Both the position numbers and the translations under genes were made by a program. Source: Macrostomum lignano (Eukaryota). From it: DNA of 64,000 bases. Under the pieces are notes generated by a model. The model saw only the letters and a list, made by a program, of their open reading frames with translations, was not told the origin of the DNA and ran no database searches. How positions within the stretch are numbered: position 1 is the stretch's first letter; the number at the start of each line of letters is the position of its first letter. Location of the stretch: contig NIVC01000473.1 of assembly GCA_002269645.1 (NCBI GenBank), positions 27,573-91,572 of the forward strand. Reading direction: 5' to 3'. This document shows, piece by piece, positions 25,876 to 36,261 of this stretch.

Positions 25876-27596
25876 GTTTCACTTGGTCTACTGTTGAGAG
25901 TCGGGCACTGTTTTCTTTATTATAGTTCTATTGTTAACAATATGCAAGCATGAATTTTATTAACAATTTTATTGTTCGAATCTATGATGCCAAAGTGAAA
26001 ATCAACATCTCTACCTCTCTGGCCAATAGAAGTTGTTTGCTGTCTGCAGGCTCCATGTTTTATAGATTTAGACATATTTAAATTCTAAAAATCCTAATAT
26101 TTCTAAACTTATTCATACTTCAAAAATGAATTGTAAAAGATGAATTGTAAAATATATTAGAACTTAAATAAAAATGGTATCCAAAAAAAGAAAAAATAGG
26201 GTGCTAGTTTGGCATTAGGCATTCAAATCCAAGATGCCTTAATTAAAATTGATTTGTTATGACTAGAAGTAATTAGCATCGAAATCATGATTTTTAACTG
26301 CTAATTGGAAAAAAATTGGAATCCCTATTGTACCTTATCTCTAAAAATTATATTGCCAACCTTTTCACATAAGCTATAGTCATAGTCATGACATTTTTAA
26401 TGATACAAAATCTAGCTAATGATAATTAATTCACTTGTGATCTTTTTTGACATGAAGTATTGGTTAGAAATGCACCTGGTTAACACACTATTGCTATTTA
26501 TAAATTTTTTTGTCTAATTAAAACAAATATTAGAATAGTATTTGACTGCATTGTTTTGCATTGCAAATAGGTGAAAATGCTTGTAATTTTGGGAAAATTA
26601 GTCAATGGCATTAAATAAGTATTATCAAGATAAGTTATAAACAAAAATTAACTGATTTCTTATTTTAATTGCTTGCTTCCTATTGAGAGACGAACGCTTG
26701 GCTAGAGGGGGCAATGACCGTAGGCTGCCTATGACCGGGCAATGACCTGACGGACCTCCAGCACCAGACTGTCCCGCCCACATGATTAGGAGCTTTGGTA
26801 GCGCTTCGTGACCAGAGGGCCAAGGACCCACATGGACCCCACCTGTAGCCAAGGTGCAATAGTTGGTCACTCGGTCATGGTATGACCGAGTGGCTGCCAC
26901 CACTCTATGTGACCTGGCGCACCTGGATCTTTCTACCAGACATCTCGAGGCTAGAGCCCCGCCTGGATTGGTTACCAGGGGATTTAGGCTAACAGGGGAG
27001 ACGCATGCAGCCGAGTACAGGGACTCTGCTTGGGGCATGATCGGGAACTCTGGGCTCAATCCTGGAGGATTTCTCAGCAGGGGATCCTTTGTGGCTGTGA
27101 GCGAGGCTGGCTCGCGACTTTGATTACTAAGAGTAGTATGAGGCGAACATGTACTGTCTCTAGTTTTGATTGCTCAGGGCGAAGGGACGCGTTAGCATGG
27201 GGTTGCAACCTTCCTACTGCCATTCTGTGCCAAGACTCGCTAATCCCTCTACTGCACGCACACGCGGCCCCGCAGCACGCACTCACAGGCGGGCTTTGCA
27301 CGGGGAGAGGCCATTAGCTTACCCAAACTTCCTTATGCTTTGCCACCCCGGGAGAAAGGCTTAGCAAGCCATGAGTTAAATGATGGTGAAAGATTGAATA
27401 ATGATGAAGTTAGTTAATAGTTAATAATTAGGCCCTTAGGCGAATAATCAGGCGATTAGGCGACTTCACTATTGAGTCAAATACAGCAAAAGATACGGTA
27501 TCACAATTGGCTCAGCTCTCTAATCAGACAATGGAAAATAGGCAAACCCCGGATAAGCAAAGGCAATTAGAGCACAAATTAGTAACAGGAACTTAC

Positions 27597-27750
27597 CGGC
27601 AGCTGCACAGAGAGAGAGAGAGGCGGAGTGACCGCGGGCGGCTGTAGGCTGCAGTCAGGCAGATGGTGAAGCGGCGATGCGCTGAGGCGACGAGGCGCTG
27701 GTGTAGATCAGGCGGAGCTGATGATGCTGGGCGGTGTCAGACCGCGGGCC
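27597..27750 (-). other. Probable non-coding 5' exon of CUL5
   Basis: GC-rich segment ending at a consensus donor G|GTAAGT (27596-27591). A matching acceptor CAACAG| lies at 25891, 15 nt before the ATG. The upstream boundary is approximate. Confidence 0.55.
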
Positions 27751-27969
27751 GATAGGCGAGCTCACTTGGGGAGCTGAAGATAACTTAGCGGTAACAGACC
27801 GCGGACCGGCAGGGATTCGTCTTATAGACGAATGGGTCAGAACTCAATCTGACAGCAAGTCCAAAGAAGGACGAGGAGAGGAAAAGTCTGAGGATTCTCA
27901 TGCCGAAATCGCTTCCTTTTATAGACCTCACAGCCGCCTCCTCAAGGTCGTTACCATGGCTCCCTCTCT

Positions 27970-28010
27970 CTGATTGGCTGCCGGCAGAATGACGTCAGAA
28001 TGAGTCATGA
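27970..28010 (-). promoter_or_regulatory. CCAAT box + CRE (TGACGTCA) + AP-1 (TGAGTCA) cluster, probable CUL5 promoter
   Basis: ATTGG 27973-27977, TGACGTCA 27990-27997 and TGAGTCA 28001-28007, upstream of the putative 5' exon. Confidence 0.45.
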
Positions 28011-31000
28011 TGAGAAGCATGAGACCGGCATAGCAACATGAGAAATAGGGAAATTGCGCAATCCGGAGGTGGGGTGGGGGGATAATTGGCGCAGCGGGTG
28101 GTTGCGAAAGTGTTGCGCAAGCAAACATTGAGAACAATAGGGCTGGGGTCGAGAACAAAGGAATTGGAAATCGGGGATAATTGGGGAAAACTGAGAACAA
28201 TGGAAAAGTAAACATTGGAGAAAAGGTGATAATTAGGTGCGAAAACGAGAACAAAAGAAAGAGAAAATCGGAGGAAATGTGATAATTGGTGGGGGTCGAG
28301 AGAACAAAAGAATCAAAAAACTAGAACAATAGAAGCGGAGGTGGGGTGGGTGTCGCATGAGAAATTTGGGGAGGAGAACAATGGCATGAGAAAAGGTTAC
28401 GCAAGAGAGGGGGATGAGTCATCGATGAGTCATCGGGGGGAAGAAGGGGTCACACGACTTGCGTCACCGTTTGGGAGTTTGGGAGGGGATGGGGAGACGG
28501 TGAGCACACCAAATACTGTAAGTAGACACAGAGAAGGAGGGGACAGCGCAGGAAAAGAGTGCAGAGAGAGACAAAAAGAGGGGGAAAGGGAAAGTACAAG
28601 AAGAATAGGGTGGAGTGCAGGGGAGATAAGGTAGAGGGGAGAGTACAGAGAGGGACAGGGAGCTCCGGAAAGGCAGGTGTGGCGGCAGGGGAGACGGAAC
28701 CAAGGCAGTAGGAGGGGTGCAGCAGAGCGGGAGTCTCCAGGCCTGGGCGGAGACCTGGCCGAGTCTCGACAGCTCTGTGCAGAGGGTGCACGGGATAGGA
28801 GGCACTTTCGAAAAAGTTCCCATGCCCTATCCCGCGACCAGAGCGTGGTTACATCATAATTGATTTATATTGTACTTTCTTTGCAAACCAAAGTATATAA
28901 AAACACAAAATATTAATATAAAGAGGCTATAGAGATTTGTAAAGATAAAGTTGCAATAAAACCAATTATAGTGTAAGAGCTGTGAATTAAGAGTCAAATT
29001 ACAAAGTGTATACTATGACATGCATGTGCAGCATATAAAATAACTAAGGAGCAATTACATAGCTAGCAAAAGGTTAGAATGACTTACCCAACTGAGGCGG
29101 CAGCATGTACAAAGTAAAGTGTGATGAAAATAATAAGACAGCAACCCCCATCCCTGATAGCACAAATCAAATCAAATCACAAATCAGCACTGGGTTCTTT
29201 ATAAGCAGAAGGTAAATTTCAGTATATATGTTAAAAGGAACTATTGTATATTTATTCTTAAAAGAATTAATTTTGCAAATGCAAACTGTTATAACTTTTA
29301 TTATATTTGTTTTTTTATTTCTAGAAAGGTTGTATATAGAGACTTTTACTCTATTAGGTATACACTCTCACACTGCATGCCTATCCTAATACAAAGCCTA
29401 ATATGTTTTCATTTTCAACAAGACATCAAACAAGACATTCTGCAGTTTGTAGCAGCTTTATTCTATAGTTTTTGTCTCTAAGATCTAGAATGCAATGCTG
29501 TTTGCACCTAAGTTTATAAAACTGCAAAGTCATAAACACTGCAAATGCAATTAAAATCATGGTTTCCACTAACTCTGAGGCCTAGATAAAATAGGTCACC
29601 ATGGTTTATAAGCAGTTTAGTTTGCTTAGCTATATAACCTGGACATCCAACTGTAGCAATAGGTACATCTTATCATACATTCCTACTGTCTACCATGAAA
29701 GAAAATAATAATGATAATTACTATTAAACTTATAATAAATTTCTTATCAACAAAGTATAAAGCCTTAAATGGTATTTTTAGCATTATTTATTGATTTTTT
29801 CATACTAAAAATCACTGTACCCTATACATATCTTCATTTCTTATTGTTATACTTGTAGATATTCTTATTGATTTATTTTTTATTCATATCTACTTACTTA
29901 GCTTTGATGCAATTGTATTTGTGTGCCTTGGTTATATTTCAATATTTTGCCCTGCTAAGAACATGGATCATCATAGCATCAGTTTTTATGTTTAATATAC
30001 TTATAGTGTTCCACCATAGCTATACCTGCAGCTATAGGATCTTATGGAAAGATGGTAAAATAGGTGCATATGGCAACTACAGATATGCCTATAGTAGATA
30101 GCTACTCTTATGGCTATGACTATGAAAATATAGTAGCTGTTGTTGCATTTTGTAGATTCCTATAGCCATAGGCCTAGAGTAATTAATTAAAAAAATAACA
30201 AAATATTAGAAATAGGTAGAGACAATAGAGTAAACCAAAGATACTTTGGTAGATTGTATTATAGACTAGATTTTTTTAAGTTGGAAATCCAATTACCAGC
30301 TAGCCCTTAGGGCTCAAAATCTAATTGCCAATGTTTATTTTTGGTTGCACATTGGCAATTAGCTAAATTATCAAAGATAGATATTTCTAAAGCTGCACTT
30401 GAAAAGCAGAAATTTGTTCCCTCAACTCTTGTCTAAGATTGCTATCTATGCTACAAACAATAACAAACCAATAATTCTATCATATTGATTCATATAGCAC
30501 TTTTATTATACTTTTAGACTTACAAACTTATAAATTATGCCTATACCTAATAAAGTACTTACAATAAAACACTAGCAAAATCAAACTTTAAATAATGTGA
30601 AAAAGTTTAGCATTAGTACTTTCAGTAGGCCCCTAGCCCACACTCCGGATCATGTAGTATATACCCAAAAATTTGGGCATGCACTGGCCTTGCATGCCAA
30701 AATTAGGGGTGTACAATTGATGTGTATCACTCCTGAGAAAATAGTATATGTGCATACCTGGTGTGCACTTTATAGAATCATGCGTAAGAGTTATTGTAAA
30801 GCTGAAAAAAATGAAAAAAGTTCATTTTTAAATGCAAATTTCAACCTTTCTGGTTTTTTCAAGCTCATAAAAGAACATTTAAACAAATCTTTGTGTGTAG
30901 GCCTATAAATTTTCCACTGTTAATAGGCCTAGTATCACCAAAAAAGCATGAAAAGCAACCAAATTATCTGGTAATAAAGGTCTATTACACAATTTAAAAA

Positions 31001-31213
31001 AGGTATTTTATTGTCACAACGTAAAAAAGGTTATTTATTATCACAACACTGGCATATTTTTGAGAATAGGCATGCACTACATTTTTTTGGCGTGCATTTG
31101 TTATTATTCAATTTTTGTTTGGGCGTGCACCCAGCATGATCCAGACTATGGCCCCTAGCAATTAAGTATTGTTACTCTTTATAAAAAGGTTATAATATAG
31201 GCCTAATTTTACG

Positions 31214-31778
31214 GCAACTGATCAAAAGGGCGACAGATGAAAAGGGCGACAGTTAAAAGGGCGACAGTCAAAAGGGCGACAGGGTATTAGACCAAGAACT
31301 ACTTAAATGGAAGGACGGGAAACCTCGTTTCTTAGAAAATCTTAGAATCTTAGCAATAACAATTTTTGTGCTGACAATTTGTACTTGTATGTTAGAATGG
31401 GGTTCTAATATTTAATGTATGCTCATACATTGTACATTGAAACATAGATCAGTGGGGTTTATTTATTTCATTCACTGAAATAAATGGACCTCACTGAACC
31501 ACATTTTAACATTTAATAGTGTCTCCAATACGTGTCCAGCTTTTATACAATTAAAATACAACCCCATTTTAACTGACTCGTACAATTTTAACAACGCATT
31601 TTAACAAATACAAGTATGATACATGTTTAACTGCTTTTAACAAATACTTTTAATGTGCGTGGAACTTGTATTTTCAATATAAATACACTGTAATTGTCGC
31701 CCTTTTGACTGTCGCCCTTTTGACTATCGCCCTTTTAACTGTCGCCCTTTTGATCTGTCGCCCTTTTGACCTGTAGCC
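31214..31778. mobile_element. 565-bp MITE with subterminal 15-bp repeats and 8-bp TSD
   Basis: TIR GGCAACTGATCAAAAGGGCGACAGA versus reverse complement GGCTACAGGTCAAAAGGGCGACAGA; TSD AATTTTAC at 31206-31213 and 31779-31786. Confidence 0.9.
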
Positions 31779-32162
31779 AATTTTACAAAGGCAATCAAGT
31801 GTTTTTTAATTTTAGCCTTAATTTACAGATGTTTAACTTTAAGCACCAGTTTATCTTTTGGATTCAAAATATTTTGTTTCCTAGACTTTTTGCTAAAACT
31901 ATAGTAGGCCTATGGCTACAGCTACAAATAGGAACTAGGCCTATAAGAATATGGTAATATTAGAGTCCTCTGGTCCTATAGTTTTATGACAAAATATGGA
32001 GCATTATAATAAGCTAGGGTCTATAGTTTTGCTTAAAGCTATAGCTATGGCAGATGGACCCCCTTATGGTAGAATACTACCTAAATATACATTTGCACAT
32101 TTGCAAACCAAAAGATAATTTGACATTTATACATATGCTTCATATCGGTAAAGGGCATAAAG

Positions 32163-32460
32163 GGCAATGGCTAGAGTTCCGACACCGGAACCCATTTTCT
32201 AATGGCTACGGATCCGGCAATGCCATTATAATATAGATAGAACATTATATTTTTCTTTCTACAGGTGGCTGATATTGAGATTTTGTTCTAGATTAAAATT
32301 TAAGACGATATGATAAGATTCAGGATGAGATGTTTCTAATATTCAGACTTCTTAAGATATGTTCTTAGCAGTCTTTATATGCTTCTATACGGCACTGCCA
32401 GATCCCTAGCTGTTAGAAAACGGGTTCCGGTGCCAGAACTCTAGGAGTCTAGCCATTACC
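32163..32460. mobile_element. 298-bp MITE with ~60-70-bp TIRs and 9-bp TSD (Mutator-like)
   Basis: TIR GGCAATGGCTAGA...GGAACCCATTTTCTAA versus reverse complement GGTAATGGCTAGA...GGAACCCGTTTTCTAA; TSD GGCATAAAG at 32154-32162 and 32461-32469. Confidence 0.85.
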
Positions 32461-33309
32461 GGCATAAAGACTGGCTTATTCTGCTGATCAAAAAGGCCAG
32501 AATCCAGATTATGTCAAAATGCCAGTCAAGCTACATGCAGGACCTATGGCTGCATTTGTCTTTAAATACTATACACATGGATATTGATTTTAAAGCCGTG
32601 ATAAACAAGGCCATTGCCTACCATTTTTTGTGCAGACTTTTAAGACTTATATATTTATAGCCATATTATATAGGAGGTTTATATAGTAGAGCCTAATAGA
32701 CATTAGATTTTGTATTTTGAATAACAAGGTGGCATTAATAGGCCTAAGGAAGACTCAAACTCGTAAGTTTTTTATTATCTACTTAACATCAAAGTTGGTA
32801 CTTGGCCCCAATCTTATGTCAGTCGAATTACATTTAGACTCACTAGCTATTTTTCCAAGGACGCTTACTTGTATTTTTCAAAGAATATTTTTAAATCCCG
32901 TGCCCTAGTACTGTTTAAAACAAAATAGCGATACTTAAAAGTCATTCTGGTGTTTTGTCCTGCAGCGGTTGAGCGCAACGCCTGAGTCTGCTCCGTTTCA
33001 CTAATAATATATTTGCTATTGCTAAATAGCAATGTTTCAGTTTCGTCGATAAAGAATCAGAGCGCGCAATTTGGTCTCATTGTACGGATCGATCGATCGG
33101 CCTACATTATCATTTCGTGTTATGATATGAGACATTAACGAACTTCTAAAAGCGGAAAGCTTTTACTCTAGCTTTCCTAGAGTAAAATCTATATCTATAC
33201 ACCCAAGAGACTGCCAGATCAGACCTTTTCAGTGAGTTAAACATCTGATAGCTTCATGATATCCTTCCCAGATATTCAGAGACTTTTTTCTGTGGTTAAG
33301 GCCTTAATT

Positions 33310-33800
33310 CAGCTGCCGCCTGCCAGAGACGACCTGAAGGTGCGCCTGTTCCGCGCGGCCGTCGAGCCGATCCTGCTGTACGGCATGGAGGCTGTGCCGC
33401 TGACCGAAACGCGAGAGCGAGCCTTGGACGCGCTTTACCGATCGCTGCTGCGCTACGCGCTGGGCGTGCACTACCCGGATCGCCTGCCGACCAACGCTCT
33501 GATGGCCCGCGCTGGAACTCCGCCCCTGAGCGCTACCCTGCGCCGGCGCCGCCAGATGCTGCTGGGCCATCTGCTTACGGACCCTGGGTCGCGGCGCGCC
33601 CGTCCCTGGCCATGCTGCACCGGCCGACCGAGCAATTGCGCCGCGGCCAGGCCCGCACTGCCACTCTAACGGACTGCCTCATCGCTGACTTGCAGGCGCT
33701 TGAGCTGACCTCTCAGTCTGCTGCTGCCTGCCCCTCCCGCCTGTTCTGCGAGCGCGTGCGCGCAAGGGGGCCTGATCGCCTCTGGGTCTTATAATATTAT
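33310..33800 (+). mobile_element. 5'-truncated RTE-like LINE, 3' fragment
   Basis: LKVRLFRAAVEPILLYGMEA...LSATLRRRRQMLLGH is the post-RT C-terminal region of RTE-clade ORFs; frameshifted. Confidence 0.8.
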
Positions 33801-33859
33801 TATGACATATATGTAAATATATAGTTGAGGCCTTGATATAGCGGTGTAAAAATGATATC

Positions 33860-34830
33860 TCTGATATTAGCCTGTAGCAGGTGCTATACTAACTGGGCAC
33901 ACTGCTCGATCAAAGACACCAGATTTCGGTTTGGAAAACTGAGGTGTTTTGACTGCCGAGGTGCAGAATTTCTTGAAAGTGCTTCGCTCTACCCCAAGTT
34001 ACACCGCCGGCTGTTGCAGTTATTCAAATACATTTAGCTTCATTGCCTGATTTCATCTAGAAAGTACCTGAATCAGGTGCAATGCTATAGTCTTGCTAAT
34101 ATATGACGAATGTATAAGTTAGTCATTGTATTTGAAGTCATTTGTTTTCTAAAAATAAAATAAATATATTAAGTGTACCTGTTGAGTATTGCAGTTGCAG
34201 TTTCAGTTGAAGTGAGAAACTAATGAGCTAAAGCCTGCTCCAGTATATTTATATATGCGCTTGGCTCAAAATGCCGTATATAATATGTATCAAACTAACA
34301 AATCGATCAATTTTCAAATACAACACGTCCGCGTCCATTCAAACTAATGACCTATCTCCAATTTGTCCAATTTTGGGGGGTTAGGATCACTTAGACAGGA
34401 TTGGGCGCACTGTTTCATTAGGGGGCCAGCACTGCATGGGCGCCAAAACCTGCATTGGAAGGGCTGGCACCTATACTACAGAATACACCAGAATGCCTTT
34501 TTCGAAACTAGTCCATCGACGTCGGGGTACGTCGGCGAAGTTCAGAAAGTTGCACGGGAATGGTGTGTGCCGCCCTGGCTTCGCTATTGCTTATTACGTA
34601 AGTTTTATTTTCACGTTTTATTTTTTATATACTGTATTTGATGCAAGTGTACATGAATGGGCGAATGTACACGCGCACTATAATATCCACGTGCTTCGAT
34701 GTATTTAAGAATCGTTTTTCGGATTTTTTTGTACTCAATGGATACCAAGTGAAATTCGGACAGTGTGGGAAGGCATACGAGTTTTTGCCTTTAGGGGTCT
34801 GAAGCTCAGCCAATCGCAAAAGAATCGAAG
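33860..34830 (+). pseudogene. Possible decayed RING/IBR (RBR E3 ligase-like) gene remnant
   Basis: CSRCYTNW...LRCFDC (RING-like second half), then PECLFRN*SIDVGVRRRSSESCTGMVC (IBR-like spacing); in-frame stops and no coherent splice model. Confidence 0.25.
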
Positions 34831-34919
34831 CTCGTTTATAACAAATCAACCGCTGAGGATCTTTAGAACTTTGCAAATTCGATCCTCACCGTTTTTAAAT
34901 CATTTTTTGGCTTGATAAC

Positions 34920-36205
34920 TTCAATGAGGCCAAGTACCTCGGTGTGAGGCTCACGCATGACCCGGGCTGGACTAAGCACCTTGACAAAATTAAGAATGAA
35001 AACAACTTGCAAGTTTGAAGCCAGAAAGGTACAGCAGAGTTTTTTAGAAAACATCACATGAATAAATGTCACTCCCCTGGCTCGATTCGAGACAGACTGA
35101 CTACAGGTACTCCCAGCAACAGTACCGTTGGGAGGCAGATCGGCCACACATGTGACATCTTCCTCTTTGGCTTGCTGCAACTAGGATACAGTGTAGTTTC
35201 GACGTGCTCAGCTCTCTGGACAGGCTAGCTATTGCTCCAGCAGTGCCATTCCAAGTGAGCTCAGAAAAATGGAGCACATGCCATTGTAGTGGAAAAGTGG
35301 AAAAACTTTGCAAAAACACCCCTCGGTTTTCCAAACCCGACCATATTGAGCAGTGTGCCCAGCACCTGCTCTACAGGCTGATATCAGAGATTTCAATATT
35401 CATTCATTTTTACGCGGATAGCCAAAGCCGCTATATCAAGGCCTTAACCACCAAAAAAATTACGCTGGAACTCTTTTTTAAATTCTACCGCAGTGTGCAG
35501 TCTCTCTCAGGCCTTAACAGTATTAGAATCACTCGGTGACAGCGATATCCTGGGCAACGAGCTCGCGGATTCCCTTGCCAAGGAGGGAAGCAACCCAGAC
35601 GACAACCACCGTCTGCAGATGAGGCTACCCATTCCTAGGTCGCAAATATCCCGCCGTATGAACAGGTGGCTCCGCCAGCAACACCAGCTCCACTGGAGCA
35701 GTTGCACCGACTACAGGCGGACCCGCTCTGCAATGCCTGATGTGACCAGAAAAGTATCTGGTTATCTGACCTCGCTTAACAGAACCAGCTTCAAAGAGAT
35801 GTGCATGGTCCTAACCGGCCATGGATTCTTCCAGAGACATCTTGTTGCAAACCGGTTGCCCTCCCACCTGTTCTTTCTGTGGCATAGGAGAGGAGACTGC
35901 GAAGCATCACGTCACTTTCTTCCCTTACATGTACTTCAATAAGGCGCGGCACAAATACCTCGGCTACCCCCAGCGGATGGACGAGCTGACAACCCCGGAC
36001 AACATCCGTGACATTCGCGCCTTCGTCCGAGATACCGACCGGATGAGGGTCGCCGATGTCTATTCAGCTAGTGAACCTGCCGGGGGGCTGGGCGCACCCC
36101 CAGGGTTAAACCTTGATTTATTCTACCTTGAGGTTGCGATAAGGGCCTCGCGGCCTATTCGCGGTGCCTGCGCCGCCCCCTCCCACGTCAGTAGTAAGTA
36201 AGTAA
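34920..36205 (+). mobile_element. 5'-truncated, decayed LINE with RT thumb, RNase H and CCHC-type zinc knuckle (I/R1/LOA-type group), (TAAG)n tail
   Basis: KYLGVRL (34930s); [15 protein letters not shown] (RNase H end); LTGHG...HL...[13 protein letters not shown]; ends AGTAAGTAAGTAA; several frameshifts. Confidence 0.85.
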
Positions 36206-36261
36206 CAAAGAAAGAAAAAAATCGTCATGTCCACTATAAAGACGCTATATAGCGCCTTTAC

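Noticed and set aside
28448-28853. Possible solo LTR (minus strand begins TGTAACCACG)
   Set aside because: The other end is not a clean CA and there is no TSD; it cannot be supported without a repeat library.
30620-31160. Possible TIR pair (GGATCATG / CATGATCC)
   Set aside because: The match is short and patchy with no TSD.
33215-33255. U2 snRNA-like stretch (TCAGTGAGTTAAACATCTGATAG)
   Set aside because: Lacks the conserved 5' stem and the GTGTAGTA branch-recognition sequence.
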